A stretch of DNA of 63,960 nt, filler included. It is 8 parts of 8 records of this genome, joined end to end, with 100 filler letters (N's around TTAATTAATTAA, not from the genome) between each part and the next. Parts side by side here need not be neighbours in the genome. Positions count along the whole stretch, not along the records: positions 41,150 to 49,040 come from DRR723986_9626; positions 49,141 to 58,372 come from DRR723986_9627; 6 more parts are not named here. The stretch is one strand, 5' to 3'. The position numbers and the translations under genes are program-made. The notes under the pieces were generated by a model. The model did not search any database. It had not been told where the DNA came from and worked only from the letters and a program-made list of their open reading frames with translations. Positions within the stretch are counted from its first letter, which is position 1. Each line of letters begins with the position of its first letter. Positions 42,820-52,008 of the stretch are shown here, piece after piece.

Positions 42820-43179
42820 ATGAGCGCAGAAACCCAGATCAAGGACACCATCGAAGCCAATGACGTGGTGCTGTTCATGAAGGGCACAAAGGCCATGCCG
42901 CAATGCGGGTTTTCGTCCCGCGTGGCAGGGGTGCTGAATTTCATGGGCGTCGAATTTGCCGATGTGAATGTGCTGGCCGATGAAGGGATCCGTCAGGGCA
43001 TCAAGGAGTTTTCCGACTGGCCGACGATCCCGCAGCTTTACGTGAAGGGTGAATTTGTCGGCGGTTGCGACATCATCACCGAGATGACCCTGTCGGGTGA
43101 GCTGGATACCCTGCTGGAGAGCAAGGGGGTCGGCTATTCGAAAGAAGCCGCTGACAAGATCCGGGCTGCAAACGCCTGA
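42820..43179 (+). CDS. grxD: Monothiol glutaredoxin Grx4
   Basis: FMKGT, PQCGFS, WPTIPQLY, GGCDI. Confidence 0.95.
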   Translation: MSAETQIKDTIEANDVVLFMKGTKAMPQCGFSSRVAGVLNFMGVEFADVNVLADEGIRQGIKEFSDWPTIPQLYVKGEFVGGCDIITEMTLSGELDTLLESKGVGYSKEAADKIRAANA

Positions 43180-43217
43180 TCATATAGGGAATTCGCCACG
43201 CGTTCCGCGCGTCGACC

Positions 43218-43303
43218 CGCGCGCGACCCTGCGGGTCGCGCGAAAGGGGCTCTGCCCCCGTCGCCTTTCAGGCGTCTCCCCCGAGGTATTGGGACCAAGC
43301 TGA
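43218..43303. repeat. GC-rich palindromic intergenic repeat / bidirectional terminator
   Basis: CGCGCGACCC-TGC-GGGTCGCGCG and GGGGCTCTGCCCC between convergent genes. Confidence 0.55.
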
Positions 43304-43314
43304 AAAGAACCCGG

Positions 43315-44757
43315 TCAGCTCTTCTTCGTGGCGCCTTTGCGCACGTGTTTGGTCAGCCGAGAGGGGATCGACTTCTTGCGATCCTTGTAAGGATTGGCAT
43401 CCGCCTGACTGCGCATATGCAGTCGAATGGGTGTTCCCGGCATGTCAAAGTCTTCCCGCAAGCCATTGACAAGATAGCGAGAATAGCTTTCCGGAAGTTT
43501 CTCGGGCATCGAGCACATGACCACGAAACCCGGTGGCCGGGTCTTGGCCTGGGTCATGTAGCGCAGCTTGATGCGGCGGCCGGACGGCGCGGGGGGCGGA
43601 TGCGCCTCGACCATGCCCGCCAGCCAGCGGTTCAGCGTCGCGGTCGGAACCCGGCGGTTCCACACGTCATAGGCGCGCACGATGGCCTGTTGCAGCCGGT
43701 CGAGCCCCCTGCCCGTCTTGGCAGAGACCGTTACCAATGGTGCGCCACGCAACTGCGGCAGCAGACGTTCAAATGCCTCGCGCATGTCGCGCAGTTTTTC
43801 CTGCTTGTGTTCTTCCAGATCCCATTTGTTGACCGCAACGACCACGGCCCGCCCTTCGCGTTCCGCCAGATCGGCAATCCGCAGGTCCTGCTGTTCGAAG
43901 GGGATGGCGGCATCGAGCAGCACGACCACGATCTCGGCGAATTTGACCGCACGCAGCCCGTCAGAGACCGACAGTTTTTCCAGCTTTTCCTGCACCTTCG
44001 CCTTTTTACGCATTCCAGCGGTGTCGAAGATCCGCATCGGGGTGCCGTCCCAGTCGATGGAAACGGCGATGGAATCGCGGGTGATCCCGGCTTCGGGGCC
44101 GGTCAGAAGGCGGTCTTCGCCAAGAATCTTGTTGATCAGGGTGGATTTGCCCGCATTGGGGCGGCCGATGACGGCGATCTGAAGCGGTTTGGTGCGCTCT
44201 GCCCCGTCTTCGCCGTCTTCAATGTCGATATCGGTCATGGCCTCTTCGGCGCGGGCGTCGGCCTCTTCGATCATCGGGCTCAGCACGACGGCCAGTTCCG
44301 CCATACCCTCACCATGCTCAGCCGAGAGCGCCAGCGGATCACCAAGGCCCAGACCGAAGGCCTCGATAATCCCGGATTCGGCGGCGCGGCCCTCTGCCTT
44401 GTTGGCGGCCAGAATGACGGGGGTGCCGGAGCGGCGCAGGATATCGGCGAACACCTCGTCCGTGGGCGTGATGCCGACCCGTGCATCGACAAGGAACAGG
44501 CAGGCGTCGGCCATACCGACAGCGCGTTCGGTCAGGCGGCGCATACGGCCCGGCAGGCTGTCATCCGTGGCCTCTTCGAGACCGGCGGTATCCACGACGG
44601 TAAACCGCAGGTCGCCAAGACGCGCCGCACCTTCGCGCAAATCGCGCGTGACGCCGGGCTGGTCATCGACCAGGGCCAGTTTCTTGCCCACAAGGCGGTT
44701 GAACAGCGTCGACTTTCCCACATTGGGGCGTCCGACAATGGCCAGAACGAAGCTCAT
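43315..44757 (-). CDS. der: Ribosome biogenesis GTPase Der
   Basis: Two G domains ([16 protein letters not shown]), DTAG twice, KH-like C-terminus. Confidence 0.97.
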   Translation of the reverse strand: MSFVLAIVGRPNVGKSTLFNRLVGKKLALVDDQPGVTRDLREGAARLGDLRFTVVDTAGLEEATDDSLPGRMRRLTERAVGMADACLFLVDARVGITPTDEVFADILRRSGTPVILAANKAEGRAAESGIIEAFGLGLGDPLALSAEHGEGMAELAVVLSPMIEEADARAEEAMTDIDIEDGEDGAERTKPLQIAVIGRPNAGKSTLINKILGEDRLLTGPEAGITRDSIAVSIDWDGTPMRIFDTAGMRKKAKVQEKLEKLSVSDGLRAVKFAEIVVVLLDAAIPFEQQDLRIADLAEREGRAVVVAVNKWDLEEHKQEKLRDMREAFERLLPQLRGAPLVTVSAKTGRGLDRLQQAIVRAYDVWNRRVPTATLNRWLAGMVEAHPPPAPSGRRIKLRYMTQAKTRPPGFVVMCSMPEKLPESYSRYLVNGLREDFDMPGTPIRLHMRSQADANPYKDRKKSIPSRLTKHVRKGATKKS

Positions 44758-44861
44758 TGGCCCGTAATCCTTACGTTATCCAGATCGCGCGGCATAGCGC
44801 GGCAAACCGGCAATGAAAAGCCATCGCAACCGGAAAACCGGAAATATTCTTGATGACGGCC

Positions 44862-46190
44862 TTACCGGAAGGCGTGAAGGCGTCCGTCACCGGACACGAC
44901 ATAGAGCGTTCCGCCCACCACGATGGGATGCGCCGCGGCACCACCCCGGATCTCCACTCGCGACATTTCTGCCCCGCTTTCGGGATCGAAGAACCGGATA
45001 TTGCCGTCGCCCGAGGCCACAACCAGCCGCCCGCCCGCAAGGATGGGTCCGTAATGGGTGAACACGGCCTGACGGCGACGTTCCCTCTCGTTCACGTAAA
45101 GCGGCAGTTCTGTACCCCAGATGCGGGTGCCGGTTTCAGCGTCGAGGCGGATAAGCTCGTTCCTGTCAGAGACGAAGAAGATGGAATCGCCTGCCGGAAG
45201 GACCGGCGAATAGGCACCGTCCTGCGCCGTCCACAGACGGTCGCCGGACGAGGCTTCCATCGCCACGACGCGACCGGACTGGTTTCCTGCATAAAGCGTG
45301 TTGCCGACGATGACCGGATCGCCGGTAATGTCGTTCAGATCATTATAGGCGACACCCCGGCGCGCACCCGCAACCGTCGAGCCCCAGACCCGCACACCGG
45401 ACAACCGCAGGGTCGCCACCAGTTCTCCCGAGCCGAAAGGGAAAATGACCAGGCGGTCGGTCAGGGCAGGCGACGCCCCGCCGGACAGGACTGCCGTCGC
45501 GGGTCCGGCGGGCAATTGCCAGCGGATTCGACCGTTCTCCGGGTTCAGCGACCAGGCCTGACTGTCGCGGCTGACAACATAGACAGAGTTATCGGTGACC
45601 GTCGGCGCGGTGATCCCGGCACCAAGACGCTGACGCCAGATAACCTCGCCATTCGCAGCTTGCAGTGCGATCAGCTCGCCATAACCGGTGGTTGCGTAAA
45701 CAACGCCGCCCACCACCGCAAGCCCGCCACCAGATACACCGCCGCCGCGTTCGTAACCTGCGGTGAGATCAGCGGTCCAGAGCGCAGCGCCGTCTGTGCC
45801 GATCGCAGTCAGTTGCGCATCGGAATCGAGCGTGAAGATCCGGCCATCGGCGGCAACCGGGTCGGCGGTGATCCTGGCCCGGCGGGTGTTTCCCTGGCCG
45901 ATATCGCTGGCCCAGATTTCGACCGGGGCACCGGACAACGCCAGATGCGGCACGACATTGCGCGTCGTGAGGGCGCGCATCGGCCAAGCGTCCAGATTTG
46001 TTGGCGCTGCAAGCGTGATCGGCAACGACACATCTTCCGCCACAGCCGGAGCCTCTAGCCCCGGAAATGCCTGATCCAGCGGGGTGCGGGTTCCGAACCG
46101 TTCGCCTTCAAGGATAATCTCGCGCTCTGCACAGCCAGCCAGAGCGGCAAGCAACCCGAGCCCAAGGAACCCCATGCTGATCTTGTTCAT
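44862..46190 (-). CDS. bamB: PQQ-like beta-propeller lipoprotein (BamB-like)
   Basis: LAGC lipobox, G..W propeller repeats, yfgM-bamB-der order. Confidence 0.8.
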   Translation of the reverse strand: MNKISMGFLGLGLLAALAGCAEREIILEGERFGTRTPLDQAFPGLEAPAVAEDVSLPITLAAPTNLDAWPMRALTTRNVVPHLALSGAPVEIWASDIGQGNTRRARITADPVAADGRIFTLDSDAQLTAIGTDGAALWTADLTAGYERGGGVSGGGLAVVGGVVYATTGYGELIALQAANGEVIWRQRLGAGITAPTVTDNSVYVVSRDSQAWSLNPENGRIRWQLPAGPATAVLSGGASPALTDRLVIFPFGSGELVATLRLSGVRVWGSTVAGARRGVAYNDLNDITGDPVIVGNTLYAGNQSGRVVAMEASSGDRLWTAQDGAYSPVLPAGDSIFFVSDRNELIRLDAETGTRIWGTELPLYVNERERRRQAVFTHYGPILAGGRLVVASGDGNIRFFDPESGAEMSRVEIRGGAAAHPIVVGGTLYVVSGDGRLHAFR

Positions 46191-46236
46191 CTGACTGCCG
46201 CCTCTTCAAACCGTTTCACCACCGGCCTTCCGCCCC

Positions 46237-47037
46237 TTATTCTGTGGGGGCGGTCTCTTCTGCCGGGGGCTCTTCCCCCTCAGTTGCCGGATCTTGCTCT
46301 GCCCCGTTGGTCGGTGCATCTGGTCCGGCGTCGTCTTCGGGCGCTGCATCTGTTGCGTCTGCCGCGGTGTCTTCCACCGGGGCCGGATCCTGCAAGGCAG
46401 CGCCGGATTCCAATGCCACAATCAACTGTGACGCGCGTTGTTGCAAGCCCGGCGTGGCCTCGCTGTCTTCTTCCAACAGGCGCAGAAGCGCAATTGCGGC
46501 CTCTGCGTCGCCGTTGGTGACGTGCAGCAGCGCCTGCTGTTCCATCGCCAACGGGCGATAGGGTCGACCCGGGCGCGCCAGTTGGGTCAGCTCGGCCATC
46601 GCCGTGTCGAAGTCTTGCGGGGCAAGCATATGGGCCTTGAGCAGCGCCAGGTCACGATAGCGTTCGGGCAGGTCCGAGTTGACCGCAAGGGCCCGCAAAC
46701 TGGCTGCGGCCTCAGTGGCATTGTCGCCGGTCGCCTGTTCACCCGCCAACAGCATTGCCAGAAGCAAGCGGGCCTCTTCGCTTGCCGGCGTGATCTCTGA
46801 CAAAGCCGCTTCACGAACCGATGCATCATCATTATCAAGCGCCGCAATCAGCGAGTCGCCAAAGGCCTCCGCCGCAGCGCGGTCTTGTGCCAGCGAATAC
46901 TCCCGCCACGCGGCCGCCGCAACGATCGCAATGATCACAAGGATCGGGATCCAGCCCCATTTGCGGAACATCTTGAACAGCCGGTCACGGCGAAGCTCTT
47001 CATTGACCTCTTCGATGAAACTGTCGGTATTGGCCAT
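46237..47037 (-). CDS. YfgM-like TPR membrane protein
   Basis: DSFIEEVNEELRRDRL, one TM helix, synteny. Confidence 0.8.
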   Translation of the reverse strand: MANTDSFIEEVNEELRRDRLFKMFRKWGWIPILVIIAIVAAAAWREYSLAQDRAAAEAFGDSLIAALDNDDASVREAALSEITPASEEARLLLAMLLAGEQATGDNATEAAASLRALAVNSDLPERYRDLALLKAHMLAPQDFDTAMAELTQLARPGRPYRPLAMEQQALLHVTNGDAEAAIALLRLLEEDSEATPGLQQRASQLIVALESGAALQDPAPVEDTAADATDAAPEDDAGPDAPTNGAEQDPATEGEEPPAEETAPTE

Positions 47038-47177
47038 ATCCGCCCCAAATTTTCGGCCGCTTTCGGCACGTGTGTCGTTTGTTATCGCCTCTTAACGCGA
47101 ACCGCCCCTCGGGAACAAGTCTCCGCGCGGCAAACCCGTCGTTAAGCCGTGGAAAAGCAGTTGTGAACGCAATAAAG

Positions 47178-47241
47178 TGAACGGGTCAGTTCAGTCTTGC
47201 AGCCAGAATCCACAAAAAGTAAACTAAACGGACTGGTTCAG
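47178..47241. promoter_or_regulatory. Two putative TetR-type operators upstream of the RND operon
   Basis: TGAAC-N6-GTTCA (47178-47193) and TAAAC-N6-GTTCA (47225-47240). Confidence 0.5.
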
Positions 47242-47319
47242 CGTATTTGTGGGTTGAATGAGCGGGCAAGTGCCCAGATGTAGTGTCCGACTGATTGGGC
47301 TCGCGACAAGAGGCGACAG

Positions 47320-48630
47320 ATGCGTATTTTTTCCATTGTAACGGCAATCCTCGTCTGCGCCGTGATTTACGGAGTGGTGATGGAACGCGACCGGATGGTC
47401 GAGTTTGCCAGCGGCTTCCGGGATGTCCCCGAAGATATTGTTTCCGAACCTGCTGCCGAAAACACCTCTGACATCGTTGTTGCCGAGGAAGAAAGCCCTG
47501 TGGCGCTTCCCGCTGGCACCGTGTCCGTGGTTGTACGCCGCTCGGTAGCGGAAGAGGTCGATTCTGCCGTGTTGCTGCGCGGGCGCACGGAAGCGGCCCG
47601 CCAGGTCGAAGTGCGCGCGGAAACATCGGGCCGGATCATTTCCGAGCCGATCCGCGCCGGGGCATTTGTCGATGAGGGGCAGCTGCTGTGCGAGATCGAG
47701 CCCGGCACACGCGCCGCCGCGCTGGCGGAGGCCGAGGCGCGACTGCTGGAGGCGCAAGCGCGCCTGCCCGAAGCCGAAGCCCAGTTGCCCGCCGCGCGTG
47801 CCCGGGTTGCCGAGGCACAAGCCAGTTTGACAGCAGCCGAGATCGACTCGAATGCCGCCACGCGCCTGAGCGAAAGCGGCTTTGGATCTGAAACCCGCGC
47901 CGCATCGGCCAGCGCAACGGTCAGCGCTGCTGCCGCCGGAATCGAATCTGCTGCCGCAGGCATTCAAGCCGCGCAAGCCGCCATTCAGGCCGCCCAAAGT
48001 GGGATCAGCGCCGCCGAGGCCGCCGTTTTGCGGGCCGAACAGGAAATCGAGAACCTGCAAATCTTCGCTCCGTTCGAAGGTCTATTGGAAAGCGACACCG
48101 CCGAGATTGGGTCGCTGATGCAGCCCGGATCGCTTTGCGCGACGGTCATCCAGCTTGATCCGATCAAACTGGTGGGGTTCGTACCCGAGGCGGAAGTGGA
48201 CCGCGTTGCGGTTGGCGCAGCCGCAGGGGCGCGGCTGGCGACCGGGCAACAGGTTGCCGGCACCGTCACCTTCATCAGCCGATCCGCCGATCCGCAGACC
48301 CGCACGTTCCGGGTGGAAATCGCGGTCGACAACACGGACCTGTCCATCCGGGACGGACAGACCGCCGATATCCTGATCGCGTCCTCTGGCCAGATGGCAC
48401 ATCTTCTGCCCTCCTCCGCCCTGACGCTGAACGACGAAGGTCTGCTTGGCCTGCGCATCGTGGATGACACCAACACCGCCCGCTTCGCTCCCGTCACCTT
48501 CCTGCGCGATACGATGAACGGTGTCTTGGTCGCAGGCTTGCCGGACACCACCGACGTGATCGTGGTCGGTCAGGAATTCGTGACCGATGGCGTCCCTGTG
48601 CAGCCCCACTACCAGGAGCTGTCGCAATGA
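47320..48630 (+). CDS. RND efflux periplasmic adaptor subunit
   Basis: VRAETSG, long Ala-rich hairpin, APFEG, ADPQTRTF. Confidence 0.9.
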   Translation: MRIFSIVTAILVCAVIYGVVMERDRMVEFASGFRDVPEDIVSEPAAENTSDIVVAEEESPVALPAGTVSVVVRRSVAEEVDSAVLLRGRTEAARQVEVRAETSGRIISEPIRAGAFVDEGQLLCEIEPGTRAAALAEAEARLLEAQARLPEAEAQLPAARARVAEAQASLTAAEIDSNAATRLSESGFGSETRAASASATVSAAAAGIESAAAGIQAAQAAIQAAQSGISAAEAAVLRAEQEIENLQIFAPFEGLLESDTAEIGSLMQPGSLCATVIQLDPIKLVGFVPEAEVDRVAVGAAAGARLATGQQVAGTVTFISRSADPQTRTFRVEIAVDNTDLSIRDGQTADILIASSGQMAHLLPSSALTLNDEGLLGLRIVDDTNTARFAPVTFLRDTMNGVLVAGLPDTTDVIVVGQEFVTDGVPVQPHYQELSQ

Positions 48631-49040
48631 TCGGTATGGTTGACTGGGCCGCATCACGGGCCCGGATGGTTGTTGCCTTCGTGGTCTTGTCGGTGGTCGT
48701 CGGGACCGCCGCCTATATCGGCCTGCCGAAAGAGGGCGAACCGGATATCGACATTCCCGGCCTGTTCGTCTCGGTCCCCTTCCCCGGCATCTCTGCCGAG
48801 GACAGCGAACGCCTGCTGGTCCGCCCGATGGAGGCGGAATTTCAGGATCTGGACGGGTTGCAGACCATCTCGGCCACGGCGGCCGAAGGCTATGCAGGCA
48901 TCTTCCTTGAGTTTGAGTTCGGCTGGGACAAGGACGCCACCATTGCCGAAGTCCGCGAAGCGATGGATGCCGCCGAGGCGCAGTTCCCAGACGGGGCGGA
49001 AAGCTATTCCATCAACGAGATCAACTTCTCGGAATTCCCG
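48627..49040 (+). CDS. RND efflux permease (3'-truncated)
   Basis: LPKEGEPDIDIP, FPGISAEDSE, INEINFSEFP. Confidence 0.88.
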
Positions 49041-49140
49041 NNNNNNNNNNNNNNNNNNNNNNNNNNNNNNNNNNNNNNNNNNNNTTAATTAATTAANNNN
49101 NNNNNNNNNNNNNNNNNNNNNNNNNNNNNNNNNNNNNNNN

Positions 49141-49166
49141 CTGCTCTACCGCTGAGCTACGCCGGA
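49141..49166 (-). tRNA. 5' fragment of a tRNA (probably tRNA-Asn), cut by contig end
   Basis: Minus strand TCCGGCGTAGCTCAGCGGTAGAGCAG gives acceptor stem and D-arm; anticodon not visible. Confidence 0.75.
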
Positions 49167-49214
49167 ACTGGGGGCCGTATAGCAATCCCGATTCAGGACG
49201 TCCAGAGGGTTTTG

Positions 49215-50150
49215 TCACATATTTTTCGCCCGAACGTCGATCCGGTGAAAACGGGCTTCGGCGCCGAGGGAAGGCTCGGGACGGACCATGGTTCTCTGCG
49301 TCAGATCAATCAAATGCGCGAGCACGTTGCGCTCCGCCGCGGGCAGCAGGGCGGGCGCCACGTCGGTGTAGATCCGGCGCGCCAGCCCGGTCGCGCTGTC
49401 CGGTTCCTGCGCCAGCGCCGCGAGAATTGCGGCCTCGCGCGCCTGCCGGTGGGCCAGAAGCTCGGTCAGCCGCCCCGCGGGATCCGTCACCGGAGCGCCG
49501 TGGCCGGGGTGGAAGACCCGCCAGGTGGTCTCTGCAATCCGGCGCAGCGAGGCCATGAAGGCCGTCAGGTCCCCATCCGGCGGCGAGACGAGCGAGGTTG
49601 CCCAGCCCATGACCAGATCCCCCGTGAACAGGCAATCGCCCCAGGCCAGGCAGAGGTGGTTCGCCATGTGGCCCGGGGTGTGCAGCGCGCGCAGGGTCCA
49701 GCCATCGCCGTCGATCGCGTCGCCGTCCGACAGGGTCCGGTCCGGCGCAAAGGCCTCGTCCACGCCTTCGCCTCCGCCCAGAAGACCGCTCGCTGCCAGT
49801 CCGTGCATGACCGCGCTGCGGCCCGCGTCGAAGCGCCCGAAGCCAAGGACCGGCGCGCCGGTCTGGTCCGACAGTGCGCGCGCGAGGGGGCTGTGGTCCA
49901 GATGCGCATGGGTGACGAGGATGTGAGAGATGTGCTGTCCCGGCCCAAGCGCCGCGAGAATGGCCTCGAGGTGATCCGCGCGGTCCGGACCGGGGTCGAT
50001 CACCGCCAGCCCGCGCGTGCCGAGAAGGTAGGTGTTGGTGCCGCGAAAGGTCATCGCGGAGGGATTCGGCGCCAGAACGCGGCGCAGCCCGGGGCCGAGG
50101 TCTTCGGGCTGCCCGGGGATCGGGCGGAACTCCGGTTGGGGATCGTGCAC
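49215..50150 (-). CDS. MBL-fold metallo-hydrolase
   Basis: APNPSAMTFRGTNTY, THAHLDH, HTPGH, FTGD, PGHG; GTG start after AAGGTG. Confidence 0.9.
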   Translation of the reverse strand: MHDPQPEFRPIPGQPEDLGPGLRRVLAPNPSAMTFRGTNTYLLGTRGLAVIDPGPDRADHLEAILAALGPGQHISHILVTHAHLDHSPLARALSDQTGAPVLGFGRFDAGRSAVMHGLAASGLLGGGEGVDEAFAPDRTLSDGDAIDGDGWTLRALHTPGHMANHLCLAWGDCLFTGDLVMGWATSLVSPPDGDLTAFMASLRRIAETTWRVFHPGHGAPVTDPAGRLTELLAHRQAREAAILAALAQEPDSATGLARRIYTDVAPALLPAAERNVLAHLIDLTQRTMVRPEPSLGAEARFHRIDVRAKNM

Positions 50151-50195
50151 GCGGAACACCTTTTCGACGGAGGGGGCGCGCAGTAGATGTAGACC

Positions 50196-51488
50196 ATGAC
50201 CTTTGCCTGGCTCAAACGATATATGCCCCGAAGCCTCTACGGGCGGGCGGCGGCAATCCTCATCCTGCCGGTGGTGACCCTGCAGCTGGTGGTTTCCGTG
50301 GTCTTCATCCAGCGCCATTTCGAGGGCGTGACCGAGCAGCTCAGCCGGGAACTGTCGCGGGCGGTGAACTTCGCGCTGGAAGCCGGCGGAGAGGACGACA
50401 GCGGCGAAAAGATGCTCGGGCTCGACCTGCGCCCGGTCGCCGAGGTGGAACTGCCGGCAGGGAACCTGCGGCGCTGGTACGACTTCACCGGGCTTGTGGT
50501 CATCCGCGAATTGCAGACGCGCATCCCGGGTCTGGAACGGGTGCTGCTGCCGGATGATGACCGGGTGACGCTGTATATCCGCCGCTCTGACACGCTGTAC
50601 CGGGCCGAGGCCGGGCGCGAGCGGGTCTCTGCCTCGAACCCGCACCAGCTCTTCGTGAACATGGTCTTCTTCGGGGCGCTGATGACCCTGATCGCCTATC
50701 TCTACCTGCGCAACCAGTTGCGGCCCATCACGCGGCTGGCGGCGGCGGCCGAAGCCTTTGGCCGGGGCAGGGCAGAGCCCTATTCGCCCTCCGGCGCGAC
50801 AGAGGTGCGGGCGGCCGGCCACGCCTTTCTCGACATGCGCGCCCGGATCGAGCGGCATATCGAGCAGCGCACCATGATGCTTTCGGGGGTCAGCCACGAT
50901 CTGCGCACGCCGATCACCCGGCTCAGGCTTGGGATCTCGCTGCTCGACGACGAGGACCGCGAACCGCTGGAGCGCGACGTCGAGGAGATGCAGACGCTGA
51001 TCGACGCCTTCCTCGATTTCGCCCGGGGCGACGCTGAGAAGGGGGCGGCGGAGCCGGTCGATCCGGTCGCCCTGGTGCAGTCCATCGTGGAGGACGCGCA
51101 GCGCAGTGGGCAGGCCGTCACGATGGAGCCCTGCGCGCCGGTGGGCGAGGTTCCCCTGCACCCGCGTCCGCTGCGGCGCGCGGTACAGAACCTCGTGGCG
51201 AACGCGCGGCGCTATGCGAAGACCTGTCGCGTGTCGGTGGAGGTGACGGACCGATCGCTGCGGATCCGGGTCGAGGACGATGGACCCGGCATCGCGCCCG
51301 GGGACCGCGACAAGGCGATCCGGCCCTTCGTGCGGCTGGACCCCGCGCGCAATCAGGATCGCGGGTCGGGCGTGGGGCTGGGTCTGGCCATCGCCGCCGA
51401 CATCGCCCGCGCGCACGGCGGCGTGTTGCGGCTGGGGGAAAGCCCCGAAATGGGCGGGCTGCGGGCCGATATCGTCATCGGCCTGTGA
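50196..51488 (+). CDS. Sensor histidine kinase (EnvZ-like)
   Basis: Two TMs, HAMP, VSHDLRTP, EDDGPGI, GLGLAI. Confidence 0.92.
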   Translation: MTFAWLKRYMPRSLYGRAAAILILPVVTLQLVVSVVFIQRHFEGVTEQLSRELSRAVNFALEAGGEDDSGEKMLGLDLRPVAEVELPAGNLRRWYDFTGLVVIRELQTRIPGLERVLLPDDDRVTLYIRRSDTLYRAEAGRERVSASNPHQLFVNMVFFGALMTLIAYLYLRNQLRPITRLAAAAEAFGRGRAEPYSPSGATEVRAAGHAFLDMRARIERHIEQRTMMLSGVSHDLRTPITRLRLGISLLDDEDREPLERDVEEMQTLIDAFLDFARGDAEKGAAEPVDPVALVQSIVEDAQRSGQAVTMEPCAPVGEVPLHPRPLRRAVQNLVANARRYAKTCRVSVEVTDRSLRIRVEDDGPGIAPGDRDKAIRPFVRLDPARNQDRGSGVGLGLAIAADIARAHGGVLRLGESPEMGGLRADIVIGL

Positions 51489-51649
51489 CCCGAGACGCTG
51501 ACAAGTTTAATAAATCCAGCTACTTAAGACACAATTTCAACCCAATGCCGTCGTGTTGCGGCCCTGTCCATTCCCGAATTTCCCTCCTGTGGGTGCCAGA
51601 CGCCCAGTCCGACATTTCCCGCGCTGCGCCTCTACAGGAGACACGATCC

Positions 51650-51928
51650 ATGAGCCTGACAACCCTTCTCGCCGCCGCCTCTCTGGGATTGGTGTCCCTG
51701 ACGTCGACCGAGGCAGAGACCCCGAAGGAGATGATCTTCGCCCAAGCCGCGCCCTTCGTGTCCACGCAGGGCTTCGTCGCGCCGCAGGGCGATTACATGA
51801 CCACCGCGCAGGGCTGCACGTACCGCCGCACGCAGGCGCCGGGCTATCCGGCGCGCTGGATCCTCGTGTTGAACCCCCGGCACCTCGGGCTGCCGAACTC
51901 TCCGCGCAGCTGCAAGGGAATGATGTAG
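51650..51928 (+). CDS. Small exported hypothetical protein (92 aa)
   Basis: AGGAG RBS, signal peptide, two Cys. Confidence 0.7.
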   Translation: MSLTTLLAAASLGLVSLTSTEAETPKEMIFAQAAPFVSTQGFVAPQGDYMTTAQGCTYRRTQAPGYPARWILVLNPRHLGLPNSPRSCKGMM

Positions 51929-52008
51929 GCCCCATCCGGGGAGCCGCTGCGCCACGGCGCGCGACCCAGGCGTGGGCCCCGCGCCAGTCCTACCGGCGGT
52001 GACGGATC

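Noticed and set aside
43345-44853. 502-aa plus-strand ORF
   Set aside because: Antisense shadow of der in high-GC DNA; no motifs.
50151-51416. 733-aa ORF as a giant MBL fusion
   Set aside because: The extra part is the antisense shadow of the histidine kinase; the hydrolase motifs start near 50150.
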